In this document: positions 1-10,000 of the stretch, piece after piece
How the letters are laid out: every line of letters starts with the position of its first letter
Position numbering within the stretch: the first letter of the stretch is position 1
The notes under the pieces: model-generated
The model's input: only the letters and a program-made list of their open reading frames with translations
What the model was told of the DNA's origin: nothing
The model's database searches: none
NCBI GenBank assembly: GCA_037139755.1
Contig: JBAXFV010000001.1
Span: forward strand, 1-55,158
Source of the DNA: Chlorobiaceae bacterium
GTDB taxonomy: Bacteria > Bacteroidota > Chlorobiia > Chlorobiales > Chlorobiaceae
Length of the DNA stretch: 55,158 nt
Reading direction: 5' to 3'
Made by a program: the position numbers and the translations under genes

Positions 1-589
1 GCATGGCGTGCAGCTCTTTCATGTGCGCGTTCACCTCCGGCATAAGCTTGAAGATGTTTTTCTTCGGCATGAACTTGTTGAGAAGAGGAGCAGCAAAACC
101 GATAGCTTTTGAATGCCACCCACCGATTTTATCCGCATACCAGCCATAGGATTCAGGCATACCAAGCAAACGCATGGTCTCGCCGGTTGGAGCAGCATCA
201 ACAACGACAACATCATAATTACCAGACTTGGCTGCTTTCCAGATATAGCGAAGACTGATCATCTCTTCCATACCAGGCATAATTGCAAGCTCTTCAGCAA
301 CAACTTCATTAGCACCGTCATGCATTAAAATAGAAGAGAAATAGGAGTAAAGCTCAGTCCAGTTTTCCCTGATTTCAGCAAGAACATTCACCTCCATAGC
401 AAAGAGATTTTTTTCAACCTCCACAGGCGTGGAAGAGAGTTCAGCATTCAACGCATCAGCAAGACTGTGAGCTACATCCGTACTCATAATCAAAACTCTT
501 TTTCCCCGTCGGGCAATTGCGGTTGCAGATGAAGCTGAAACGGTAGTTTTTCCTACCCCTCCTTTACCCAAGTAAAGAATAATTCTCAT
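1..589 (-). CDS. ArsA/Get3-family ATPase, 5' part (runs off the window start)
   Basis: Not in the ORF track. Manual translation from ATG at 589 gives [18 protein letters not shown] (deviant Walker A), STDVAHSL (switch I), LPGMEEM and [12 protein letters not shown] (switch II). Confidence 0.9.
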   Translation of the reverse strand, partial: MRIILYLGKGGVGKTTVSASSATAIARRGKRVLIMSTDVAHSLADALNAELSSTPVEVEKNLFAMEVNVLAEIRENWTELYSYFSSILMHDGANEVVAEELAIMPGMEEMISLRYIWKAAKSGNYDVVVVDAAPTGETMRLLGMPESYGWYADKIGGWHSKAIGFAAPLLNKFMPKKNIFKLMPEVNAHMKELHAM

Positions 590-635
590 GTTGATAATAA
601 ACTATTGAGTGAACTTGATCTTGAATGAATGCATG

Positions 636-2162
636 TTATGGAGGAGTTGCTCCTTCGTTATCGTGTTCATTGCCGGTAAGCCGGCTTGCATCCAGGGTTT
701 TGCTGTCCGACGCAACTTCACCAGTATGTACTTCTGGAATAATCTTTTCGGGTAACTGAACATTGGCAGTTTCCGAATCGGATCTGATCATGATTTTTTT
801 TCTTGCAACACTTTCAACAGTACCAGGTATACCTGCATCGACTGGTTTTGATGAAATATCATCCATACTCATCATATTTTTCACAATTGATGGTATGTTT
901 TCGTCAAGAGATTTAATTTTAATATTTTTACGCGCTGAAACGCCTTCAAAGTCATCTTCTTTCAGTTTTTTCTCCCCGAACACTACTGAACCCTTATCGT
1001 CTTCACTCTTTGCATCATTGCTCCCAAAACAATCAGCATTCAAGGTCATGTCGTCATCGCTTGTTATGTGAATGCTCTTTCTTTTAAAAGAAGTATCATC
1101 ACTGTCATCTGCATTGCGACGACGGGTTTGATTCAGGTCATCACTTGCTTCGACATGATCCCCTTTTGGCGAAGGCCTTTGCGTCCTTCTCTTCGAGTTC
1201 TCGCCAAAACTGGAAGAAAGCCGCAAAAGCTTTCCAACCGATCCGATCATCCCGTCATTTTTGACTGCCGTTTTAACAATATTTATTACAAATCGCTCAG
1301 CCTGAGGATTATCAGCTATGCTGTTCAGAAGCTCATTGAGGGCTGAGAGCATGCCTGGAACATGCTGCAGGTCATTTTTGACCTGATCACGAATCTTGAA
1401 CGGGGCATCTCCGATCAGCTCCTTTAATGAACCCGCAATTCTTTTTAAAGTCGCCGGATCTGCAGGAAGCATATTTTCAATTCCCTTGATGGCATCCGCC
1501 GGAGAAAAACCTTCGCGTTTATGTCCACCGGCCTGCTGGGGGGAGCCTTCATCGGGCGCATAACCAAGACTTGCTTTATACTGCTCCAAAAGATCCTGAC
1601 CATAACCAATATGGCTTTCCTGCTGAACAGGATCAGGAGCGTCAAATCGGAAAGAAATTGCCTGAGGCACACAAACTCCCCTTGCGCTTTGCAAAATAAG
1701 TGCAGAGACGTCATCAGGAAGATTTTTTCTGTAATTAAGGCCAAGACGCTCTTCTATGATAGACTCCAGGAGAGTATGAAGTCTGATCATCAAGTCAGCC
1801 TCCCGCAGCTCAACCATATCAAAAATCACATAGACAGGCTCTTTTTCCTCGCGACGAATCTTAAGATTAAGAGTCGCAAAATCATGATCTTTATTCCGGC
1901 TGTTAACAGAGACTGAGCCAAGGTTAAACCTGTCAAGGTAATCCTTGTTCAAACCTCTTGCCCAGAGGTAAACAGCCTTGTCGGTATAGATCAGGTAATC
2001 CTGAAAAGCAATATTACCGACCCGTTCCTGATGTGATTCATAAAAAACGCCCTCAAAAAATGCTATCGGATTTTCACCGGCACTCATGAGGCCTTTCTGA
2101 AAAAACTCAGTTACATCACTTTGTTCGGTTTGACCCGAAACGTACACAGAAACATTAGCCAT
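636..2162 (-). CDS. Hypothetical protein, 508 aa; PH-like N-terminus and charged low-complexity C-terminus
   Basis: Long ORF between csmA and the ArsA paralog; DYLIYTDKAVYLW resembles the bacterial PH-domain core; D/K/S-rich tail. Confidence 0.8.
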   Translation of the reverse strand: MANVSVYVSGQTEQSDVTEFFQKGLMSAGENPIAFFEGVFYESHQERVGNIAFQDYLIYTDKAVYLWARGLNKDYLDRFNLGSVSVNSRNKDHDFATLNLKIRREEKEPVYVIFDMVELREADLMIRLHTLLESIIEERLGLNYRKNLPDDVSALILQSARGVCVPQAISFRFDAPDPVQQESHIGYGQDLLEQYKASLGYAPDEGSPQQAGGHKREGFSPADAIKGIENMLPADPATLKRIAGSLKELIGDAPFKIRDQVKNDLQHVPGMLSALNELLNSIADNPQAERFVINIVKTAVKNDGMIGSVGKLLRLSSSFGENSKRRTQRPSPKGDHVEASDDLNQTRRRNADDSDDTSFKRKSIHITSDDDMTLNADCFGSNDAKSEDDKGSVVFGEKKLKEDDFEGVSARKNIKIKSLDENIPSIVKNMMSMDDISSKPVDAGIPGTVESVARKKIMIRSDSETANVQLPEKIIPEVHTGEVASDSKTLDASRLTGNEHDNEGATPP

Positions 2163-2274
2163 TACCCATACCCATTCACTTAATACTTATACAATCCGAT
2201 TGATCCCAAATTTATGAAAATTTTATTATAAACAGAAATTACTCAATCAATCGAAAGATATCGGCTTTTTGGGA

Positions 2275-2315
2275 AAATAAAAAAGGCAGTGAAAGTGTTG
2301 AGCTTTTCACTGCCT
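2275..2315 (-). terminator. Intrinsic terminator of csmCA
   Basis: Inverted repeat AGGCAGTGAAA/TTTCACTGCCT with an A-run on + (U-tail on -) just downstream of the csmA stop. Confidence 0.8.
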
Positions 2316-2339
2316 GTGCAAAGAGCATAAAAGATATGC

Positions 2340-2582
2340 TTACTCGGCGAACTTTGATTCAACAGCTTTTGATGGAACAGCATAACCTGAAACTTCAGGT
2401 GATGATCCACGAAGGCTTGTACCTCCACCCATGCTGCCGTAGGCATTGCGATTGATTCTCATTGTGCCCTTGCCTAAAGAATCAAACAACATACCTACTG
2501 TCTCCCAGTGCCCCTCAACCATGACCTCAAAAATACGTCCGGCTGCGGCCAGGATATCGGTAAAAACGCCACCACCACTCAT
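2340..2582 (-). CDS. csmA: Chlorosome baseplate BChl a-binding protein CsmA (80-aa precursor)
   Basis: [49 protein letters not shown] is the CsmA sequence with the BChl-binding His; GAGGAGG RBS precedes ATG 2582. Confidence 0.97.
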   Translation of the reverse strand: MSGGGVFTDILAAAGRIFEVMVEGHWETVGMLFDSLGKGTMRINRNAYGSMGGGTSLRGSSPEVSGYAVPSKAVESKFAE

Positions 2583-2727
2583 AGTTCCTCCTCGAAATTT
2601 AATTATTGGAAAGTTGTCAGAATTAAAAACAGAATTCTTCAATTAATTTACGGTAATAAAAAACAAAAACAAGAAAAAGATTTTCTCTTTTGAACGGAGC
2701 AACCCCCCGACAACAGAGTGAACTCAT

Positions 2728-3147
2728 TTATTTTCTTCCAGCTCCCTTCTGAAAGGAACCAGCAAAATTCTTGACGACTTCAGATGCGGATACCCCTGCA
2801 TCACCAACGACTGTCGCAGCATTTCCTGTTGCATTCTCAACGGTCTCAACGGCGCTGATATACAATTCACTGGCGGTTCTTGATGCATCTTTAACAGTAA
2901 TAGCGACCCTGTCAATAGTTTCACCGACAACTCCGCCTGTACTGCCAAGCAGGTTACCAATACCTGATGCATCGATAACAGCACCCACAGTACCGGTTAC
3001 CGTATCAAAAAGGCTGCCTGCAAGATTCAGACCACCAACAACCGCGCTCTGCCCTGTTAAGAGCACGCTTTCAGCAAGAAAGGTAAGACGATCAGTAAAC
3101 TCAAGTTCCTTAAAATCCTGACGTAGTTTCTGGTAAGATTCCGACAT
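2728..3147 (-). CDS. csmC: Chlorosome envelope protein CsmC
   Basis: 139 aa, starts [30 protein letters not shown]-rich amphipathic; directly upstream of csmA. Confidence 0.93.
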   Translation of the reverse strand: MSESYQKLRQDFKELEFTDRLTFLAESVLLTGQSAVVGGLNLAGSLFDTVTGTVGAVIDASGIGNLLGSTGGVVGETIDRVAITVKDASRTASELYISAVETVENATGNAATVVGDAGVSASEVVKNFAGSFQKGAGRK

Positions 3148-3276
3148 ATTATTCTCCCTTGAAGTGAGGCTATATAATTAATTACAAGGCCCCTGTTAAA
3201 TTAAAACCAGCTAAATTACTTTAATTAAATTTAAACATAAATATCTATCAAAGCAAATACTCCTCCCCAAGAGTCC

Positions 3277-4503
3277 TTACCCTCTATCGTACGCTTTTTG
3301 TTCCTTTTGTGACCGGCTGTGGTTTTGACGATCAAGATCAAAGGGAATGTGAAGCCATTTGTCTTTGAAGACTGCATCCCCAGGTTCCAGCCCCGTCAGA
3401 CTGATCGGAAGCGTAATGATCTTTCGCTGATTGCCAATTTGTACAAACAACTCATCGCCAGTTACCCATACGTCAATATCCACAGGATTTGCAAACATCA
3501 GCTTTAACTGTACCTCGTAAACATCACCACTACGGACAAACTTTATTGGCGGTTCATCATACATCATATCAGACGGATCGGTATCACCGTACATATCCCT
3601 GGCAAACATCTCAAGTGATTTGAGACCGACAATTTCCTGTTCATACATCCTGAGTTTTTTTACCGGAAGCGGAGAAAAACCCTCCTCAATCTCTCCGAGG
3701 TATTTCTGCTGGATAGCTTTCCAATTTTCAAGATATCCACTGTCCTCGTTCGTATCAAGAAGCCTGTTGACAAGCACCATATCCACTTTGAAACCATAAA
3801 GGTTCAGATAGGTGAGAGCTCGCATGGTCTCTTTTATCGACATTTTTTCGGCATTCATGACCAGCCGCACTGTCGATTTCTGATTATCGGTGAGAATCTC
3901 ACGGATATCCTCAAGCTCATCAAAAACCTGGTCAACCGACTCAATAGCATCTGCCGGTGGAATAAAAAATGCAATTTTATCAGACATTTTTGAAAGAGGC
4001 TTGCTCAGCGGCTTGATAAGATACTTATTGACATTTTTCACCGCTTTCATGCCCCATGCAAGGGTATCGGGAAGGGAAAGCAACCGCAGGGTTTCACCTG
4101 TAGGCGCCGTATCAAGCACAAGAACATCATAAAGCCCCGAGGCTTTATAGCGCTTTATCCTCAAGAGAGAAAAAAGCTCTTCCATACCGGGCAGAATGGT
4201 CATTTCATCTGCCATAACCCCGGAAATGCCCTGAGCCATAAAAATCCTTGTGTAGTACTTCTGGACGGACTGCCAGTTCTGCTTGAGATCAACATAAGGA
4301 TTGACCTCAATGGCATGAAGATTCTCTTTTATCTTTGTGGGTTCAGCGCCAAGAGGCAGGTTAAACGAATCCGACAGACTATGTGCCGGATCGGTTGAAA
4401 GAACAAGAGTACGATAGCCAAGCTCCGACAAGCGGACAGCCGTAGCCGCAGAGACGCTGGTTTTGCCTACCCCGCCTTTACCTGTAAAAGTTAAAATACG
4501 CAT
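3277..4503 (-). CDS. Get3d/ArsA-family ATPase with C-terminal alpha-crystallin (HSP20-like) domain
   Basis: [28 protein letters not shown] motifs; beta-rich C-terminal ~80 aa; no cysteines. Confidence 0.9.
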   Translation of the reverse strand: MRILTFTGKGGVGKTSVSAATAVRLSELGYRTLVLSTDPAHSLSDSFNLPLGAEPTKIKENLHAIEVNPYVDLKQNWQSVQKYYTRIFMAQGISGVMADEMTILPGMEELFSLLRIKRYKASGLYDVLVLDTAPTGETLRLLSLPDTLAWGMKAVKNVNKYLIKPLSKPLSKMSDKIAFFIPPADAIESVDQVFDELEDIREILTDNQKSTVRLVMNAEKMSIKETMRALTYLNLYGFKVDMVLVNRLLDTNEDSGYLENWKAIQQKYLGEIEEGFSPLPVKKLRMYEQEIVGLKSLEMFARDMYGDTDPSDMMYDEPPIKFVRSGDVYEVQLKLMFANPVDIDVWVTGDELFVQIGNQRKIITLPISLTGLEPGDAVFKDKWLHIPFDLDRQNHSRSQKEQKAYDRG

Positions 4504-4775
4504 GAACCGGACTTTGGATTTTGGAATACTGAGGAAAAATCAAATTAAGGTAAATTTAAAGATATAACTCTAAGCTGACACTACAAAAGATCTAACATAC
4601 ACACTTTAATTTAACCGGCCATATTATAAATTTTCTTGTTTTCAAAGCAATGTTGCTCTCAAGAGCAATAACGCATAAGTTTAGAGCAAGGCTTAGTGAG
4701 GAATGGCCGAAAACTGCTTGCAAATGAATCTTTTGCTCGCTTAATTAAGGTTCATTTTTAATTACCTATCTGTAA

Positions 4776-5582
4776 ATGAGCCTTTCTATGCTCGAAACAA
4801 ACTCTCCAGTCGATATCAGGGCAACCGTCGTCCAGACATACCGTATCAGCAGTGATGTCAGTATTATCACTCTTGAGTGCCCAGCAATTGCTGCTATGGC
4901 AAAACCCGGCAACTTTATCAATATCAAGGTTAACAACGCAACACAGCCATTACTCAGAAGACCATTTTCCATACATAACGTTCGGGGAACCCTCATCGAT
5001 ATCATGGTAAAATCAATTGGTACAGGCACAACTCTTTTATGCGATACCTCCGAGGGCGCAACGGTAATGGTGCTTGGCCCGCTTGGAAACAGTTTTGACC
5101 AAACAGGCGAAAAATTCCAGACCGCTGTGCTTGTATCGGGTGGAATTGGCACGGCTCCCATGCTTTTTCTTGAAAAAAAACTTGCCTCGGAAGGTCGAAA
5201 GGTCATTAACCTGATTGGAGGAAGAACGAAAGATGACCTGCTCACGATAAACCTTACCAACTGCCGATTTGCAACCGATGACGGATCTTCAGGGCTCAAG
5301 GGCACTGTCGTGGATCTGCTCCGCTCCGAACTTCCCGATCTCAAAAATGAGGGCCCCCTTAAAGTTTTTGCATGTGGACCCAATGCAATGCTGAAAGCAC
5401 TTGCCGGTTTCTGCCATGAAAACCAACTTGCTTGCGAGATTTCACTTGAATCGGTTATGGGATGCGGCATAGGTATATGCTACGGCTGTAGCGTTGAAAT
5501 CAAGGCACAGGATGGAGGCACTCGAACTCTGCTGCTCTGCCAGGAAGGCCCCGTCATAGACGCAAAACTTTTTATGGTATAA
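4776..5582 (+). CDS. pyrK: Dihydroorotate dehydrogenase electron transfer subunit
   Basis: LRRPFSI (FAD), GPLGNSF, GGIGTAP, ACGP and MGCGIGICYGC...CQEGPV ([2Fe-2S]). Confidence 0.88.
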   Translation: MSLSMLETNSPVDIRATVVQTYRISSDVSIITLECPAIAAMAKPGNFINIKVNNATQPLLRRPFSIHNVRGTLIDIMVKSIGTGTTLLCDTSEGATVMVLGPLGNSFDQTGEKFQTAVLVSGGIGTAPMLFLEKKLASEGRKVINLIGGRTKDDLLTINLTNCRFATDDGSSGLKGTVVDLLRSELPDLKNEGPLKVFACGPNAMLKALAGFCHENQLACEISLESVMGCGIGICYGCSVEIKAQDGGTRTLLLCQEGPVIDAKLFMV

Positions 5583-5681
5583 GAAGTATATTTATCGTAT
5601 TATTCGAAGGGAGTTATTACCATAACTAAACATAAAGGGAATATATTTCCTTGTCTCTTTTTCAACGAATCTCCAACTACC

Positions 5682-6161
5682 ATGGCAAAAGGACTCAACA
5701 AAGTAATGCTGATCGGCCATCTCGGCAACGACCCTGAATTAAGGACAACGACCTCCGGTCAATCGGTTGCCAATTTTACTTTAGCTACCAATGAAAATTT
5801 CAAGGACAGCAATGGTAATTTGCAGGAGAGAACTGAATGGCACAGAATTATCACCTGGGGCAAACTTGCCGAAATATGCAACCAGTACCTGAAAAAAGGA
5901 CGACAGGTTTACGTTGAAGGTCGTCTGCAGACCAGAAGCTGGGATGATGCCAAAAGCGGTGAAAAGAAATATGCAACAGAGATTGTCTGCTCCGACATGC
6001 AGATGCTCGGCGGACAGCGGGAACAGGGTGGAGGACAAAACAGTAATGATGGTGTTTCGCAGACTTACGATCGTCCACAGAACTCCTCATATAATCTGCC
6101 ACAAACCGCTCCTCCATCAGTACCTATGCTTGAAAATGAAAAGGATGACCTGCCTTTCTGA
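5682..6161 (+). CDS. ssb: Single-stranded DNA-binding protein
   Basis: [32 protein letters not shown] and C-terminal DDLPF. Confidence 0.97.
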   Translation: MAKGLNKVMLIGHLGNDPELRTTTSGQSVANFTLATNENFKDSNGNLQERTEWHRIITWGKLAEICNQYLKKGRQVYVEGRLQTRSWDDAKSGEKKYATEIVCSDMQMLGGQREQGGGQNSNDGVSQTYDRPQNSSYNLPQTAPPSVPMLENEKDDLPF

Positions 6162-6218
6162 ACGATCTTTAATTTACAGGGCGTGCTGCGGCGCGCCCCA
6201 TGATGCCAGACATCACCA

Positions 6219-7259
6219 ATGGATGCACTAAAAAAAAATATTCTGTCCGGCATTATTTCGCCGGTTTATTTCTTGTACGGCCCTGAGAGCTATCTCAAGG
6301 AAGAGCTCGCCACCATAATCAGATCCGCAATTTTTCCCTCGGAAAGTGATGCGGCAAGCAACACGCATATTTTGTACGGCCCTGATTTGACTCATGGAGA
6401 GCTGGTATCGAAGGCTTCCGAATACCCGATGTTCACGTCAAAACAGCTTATCGTTGTCCGGCAATTTGACAAGATCAAAAAGCCCACGACAAAAGAGATG
6501 CAAAAACAGCACGACGAAAAATTCAGCCGATACATCACAAATCCGGCGGAATTTACAGTTCTGATTCTCGATGCCGATCAGATTGATAAAAAAGAGATTG
6601 AAAAACTACCCTTCAGCGCACTGAAAAAATACCGTCACGAGTTCCCGATCATCAAGGCGCCAGACCTTTTCGCCAGCAACAGGGCAAAAATGTCCGGATG
6701 GGAATTTGATCCCGATGCGCTCAAGGCTTTTACAGCCTATATACAGCCATCTGCACGAGAAATATGCCAGGAAATTGAAAAAATAATTCTGTACACTTCC
6801 GCCCGAAGCGGCGAAAAGCGCATTACAGCGCCCGATGTCTATGATTGCGTGGGAATCTCTCGCACCTATAACGTTTTTGAGCTTGAAAAAGCCCTTTCAG
6901 CCCGTAGCCTGAGACTCTGCAGCGGCATCTCACTCATGATCATGGATCAAGAGGGGCAAAAAGAGGGTCTCGGCAATATAGTCCGCTTCTTGACGACCTT
7001 TTATATCCGTCTCTGGAAACTCTCGCTGCCCGAAGTACAACGGCTACCCCAGGCAGAAATCGCAAAAATTCTTGGCTTGTATGGCAAGCAGGAGTACTTC
7101 CTGAAAAACTACCTTGCCTACACCCGATCTTTTTCGCTTCAGGATACCGAGCATGCAATCGCTGCACTGCGAGATGCCGATGCCGCACTCAAAGGACTGC
7201 TTCCCTACCCTGATGAAAAATATCTGCTCCTGCAGCTTATGCAGAAACTGCTGGGATAG
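6219..7259 (+). CDS. holA: DNA polymerase III subunit delta
   Basis: PVYFLYGPESYL, YPMF..KQLIVV, EIEKIILY, SRTYNVFEL; 346 aa. Confidence 0.88.
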   Translation: MDALKKNILSGIISPVYFLYGPESYLKEELATIIRSAIFPSESDAASNTHILYGPDLTHGELVSKASEYPMFTSKQLIVVRQFDKIKKPTTKEMQKQHDEKFSRYITNPAEFTVLILDADQIDKKEIEKLPFSALKKYRHEFPIIKAPDLFASNRAKMSGWEFDPDALKAFTAYIQPSAREICQEIEKIILYTSARSGEKRITAPDVYDCVGISRTYNVFELEKALSARSLRLCSGISLMIMDQEGQKEGLGNIVRFLTTFYIRLWKLSLPEVQRLPQAEIAKILGLYGKQEYFLKNYLAYTRSFSLQDTEHAIAALRDADAALKGLLPYPDEKYLLLQLMQKLLG

Positions 7260-7262
7260 AAT

Positions 7263-8255
7263 TTACAACCATCCTTCGCGCTGGTACCAGAAGATCGTTT
7301 TTTGGACACCTTCAGCAAGAGTGGTTTCTGCGGTAAATCCAAGATCACGTTGAGCCTGCTCTGGAGAGCAGACCCAATAGTCCTGCAAAAGTTCATTGAC
7401 CTTGTCACGGTTGATCAACGCCGACTTTCCCTGTAGCGATCCGATTGCACCGATCACCGTACCAACAAAAAAAACAAGAGGAGCTGGCAGAGAAATCCTG
7501 AACAGCTTCGTAAAGCCGAGCACTGGTCTGGCGGCGGCAATCACCTCATCCCATGACCATGAACATGATGAGGTAATATAATAAATCCGGCCAACTGCTT
7601 TTTCTGAACGAGCTGCCGCCATAATTCCTTTTACAAGATCGTCAACATATATCATGCTGAAGCGCTGCTTCGCCGCAATGCCTGCCGACACAAGAACTCC
7701 CTTGGCAAGCATCTGAAAAACCTGAAGCACATCCCGATCCCCCGGCCCGTAGACTGCCGGAGGACGTACAATGGTAACCGGAATCAGATCCGAACTTTCC
7801 ATACACAGGGTTTCAGCCCTTAACTTGCTTCGTCCGTAAGCACTTACCGGACGAGGTGGATCAGACTCTTTGACTCCTTGTATGCCTTCCGAAGCAGGAC
7901 CGGCAACAGTCAGCGACGACACGAAAAGAAATCGTTTGAGCTCCGGATTATGCTTTCTTGCAGCTTCAAGCAAATTCCGCACAGGCATCACATTACCCCT
8001 ATCATACCCTTTCTCATCAAGAGCTTTCGTTACCCCCGCAAGGTGCACAATCCGGTCTACATCACGCACTGCTTGACGGAGAGACTCCATATCGCTGAAA
8101 CTGCCCCGCACGACTTCCACACCGTCAGGCAAAGCGCCTGGCTTACTTTCTTGACGCAGAAAAACCTTTACCCTCTCCCCTTCTTCCACCAGACGCATCA
8201 GGACTCGCGCACCAATAAAACCAGTCGACCCCGTAACAAGTATTGTTTCACTCAT
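7263..8255 (-). CDS. NAD-dependent epimerase/dehydratase (extended SDR), candidate ketosphingolipid/ceramide reductase
   Basis: TGSTGFIG, HLAGVTK, YGRSK (YxxxK), RPPAVYGP; divergent from the spt-like gene. Confidence 0.85.
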   Translation of the reverse strand: MSETILVTGSTGFIGARVLMRLVEEGERVKVFLRQESKPGALPDGVEVVRGSFSDMESLRQAVRDVDRIVHLAGVTKALDEKGYDRGNVMPVRNLLEAARKHNPELKRFLFVSSLTVAGPASEGIQGVKESDPPRPVSAYGRSKLRAETLCMESSDLIPVTIVRPPAVYGPGDRDVLQVFQMLAKGVLVSAGIAAKQRFSMIYVDDLVKGIMAAARSEKAVGRIYYITSSCSWSWDEVIAAARPVLGFTKLFRISLPAPLVFFVGTVIGAIGSLQGKSALINRDKVNELLQDYWVCSPEQAQRDLGFTAETTLAEGVQKTIFWYQREGWL

Positions 8256-8501
8256 AACACTCTTATATCTTTACATATTCAGACACACCAACTACTCACT
8301 CCCCCTGCGGGCTTTTCGTGCAGCAAAAAAACAGGCCCTGTTTTAACAGAAAAAAATAAAAATTTTAATACATTTCGGTTTCAAAGCTAAATCTGCTTAC
8401 TTGAAAACCGGTCATCGAAAAAGTTTACAAAAACGAAACGACCGTAAAAACAAGAATTTCCAGCTTTATTGTGCTTATAGCTGAAGTAAAATTGTATTCC
8501 T

Positions 8502-9704
8502 GTGGAGAAAACCAAAGATTTATTTAAAAAATGCATTGAGTATACTATTGCCGATGAGGTAAAGTCTCAGGGCATATATCCTTTTTTTCATCCGATAGAC
8601 GAAAATGAAGGTCCGGTCGTCTCTTTTGGCGGGCGCAAGCTGGTTATGGCGGGCTCAAACAACTATCTTGGCCTTACCGCAGACCCAAGAGTAAAGGCTG
8701 CCTCAATTCAGGCCATCAACAAGTACGGCACAAGTTGCAGCGGCTCCCGTTACATGACCGGCACCGTGAACCTGCACATCGAACTGGAAGAAAAGCTTGC
8801 TGACTTTTTTGAAAAGGAACGCTGCCTGCTGTTCAGCACCGGCTACCAGACGGGACAGGGGATTATCCCGACGCTTGTTCAGCGGGGCGAATATATTGTA
8901 TCAGATCGCGACAACCATGCAAGCCTTGTGGCAGCCTCAATCATGGCTCAAGGAGCTGGAGCAAACCAGGTCCGCTATAATCACAATAACATGGAAGATC
9001 TGGAGCGCGTTCTTCAGACTCTTCCGGAAGCTGCAGGCCGACTGATCGTTTCTGATGGAGTATTCTCAGTTTCCGGAGAAATTGTTGATCTCCCGAATCT
9101 TGTCAAATTGGCAAAGAAATATGGCGCCCGCATTCTCATTGACGATGCTCATGCCGTCGGCGTGATAGGCAGAAATGGCCGAGGCACCCCATCGGAGTTC
9201 GGCCTGGTCAACGAGGTTGACCTCATCATGGGCACCTTTTCAAAAACTTTTGGTTCACTCGGAGGCTACGTTGTAGGAGACCGTTCTGTCATCAACTATA
9301 TCAAGCACAACGCCGCATCACTTATCTTCAGCGCGTCGCCCACCCCGGCAAGTGTTGCAGCAGTTCTGACCACTCTCGATATTATCCGCACCGAGCCCGA
9401 ACTCATGAATCGCCTTATCTCAAATACGGATTACGTTCGCCAGGCACTGATCAAAGCCGGATTTACTCTTATGCCATCTCGCACGGCTATCGTCACCGTG
9501 CTGATAAAAGATCAGATAAAAACTCTTCTCTTCTGGAAAAAACTTTTTGATGCCGGTGTTTACGTAAACGCCTTCATCCGGCCAGGCGTCATGCCCGGTC
9601 ATGAAGCGCTTCGCACCAGCTTTATGGCAACCCACGAGCGCGTGCATCTCGACAAAGTCATCACCGAATTCTGTACCATCGGCAGGGAACTTGGTGTGAT
9701 CTAA
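8502..9704 (+). CDS. spt: Alpha-oxoamine synthase, most like serine palmitoyltransferase
   Basis: GIYPFF N-terminus, [36 protein letters not shown] (PLP Lys); GTG start. Confidence 0.72.
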   Translation: MEKTKDLFKKCIEYTIADEVKSQGIYPFFHPIDENEGPVVSFGGRKLVMAGSNNYLGLTADPRVKAASIQAINKYGTSCSGSRYMTGTVNLHIELEEKLADFFEKERCLLFSTGYQTGQGIIPTLVQRGEYIVSDRDNHASLVAASIMAQGAGANQVRYNHNNMEDLERVLQTLPEAAGRLIVSDGVFSVSGEIVDLPNLVKLAKKYGARILIDDAHAVGVIGRNGRGTPSEFGLVNEVDLIMGTFSKTFGSLGGYVVGDRSVINYIKHNAASLIFSASPTPASVAAVLTTLDIIRTEPELMNRLISNTDYVRQALIKAGFTLMPSRTAIVTVLIKDQIKTLLFWKKLFDAGVYVNAFIRPGVMPGHEALRTSFMATHERVHLDKVITEFCTIGRELGVI

Positions 9705-9736
9705 AACGCTCATCCTTTACCATCATTTTTCGCGCT

Positions 9737-9768
9737 ATCCCCGGGTACCACCGGGGATTTGTTGTTTT
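9737..9768 (+). terminator. Intrinsic terminator after the spt-like gene
   Basis: ATCCCCGG-GTACCA-CCGGGGAT followed by TTGTTGTTTT. Confidence 0.65.
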
Positions 9769-10000
9769 GCCGATTAAGGCGCTGACAGTCCAAAGGACTA
9801 ATCGTTTTCCCTTCAATAGTTGAACATTTCTATTATTTTTTTTCATAGATTAAATTTATTTGGCTTATATGCTGCTATTGCGCTCCTTTTCTGGTTGCTA
9901 ATAGACAGATTTTGGTGATTTATGAAAACAAGCAGGGTAACAAGAGGTATAGACCCTGTTTTTATTTGTTCGTATCATTGCAACTAAACCACACACAATC

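Noticed and set aside
2583-2642. 20-aa N-terminal extension of CsmA in the ORF track
   Set aside because: A strong GAGGAGG RBS sits before ATG 2582 and known CsmA starts MSGGG.
1-4503. Arsenic-resistance operon (arsA annotation)
   Set aside because: No arsB/acr3, arsC, arsD or arsR in the window, and the complete ATPase has no cysteines.
8502-9704. bioF (biotin synthesis) call
   Set aside because: No other bio genes adjacent and the motifs fit Spt better; not fully excluded.
9780-10000. Cobalamin riboswitch upstream of the TonB-dependent receptor
   Set aside because: No B12-box or GGGAA/GCCACTG core recognised.
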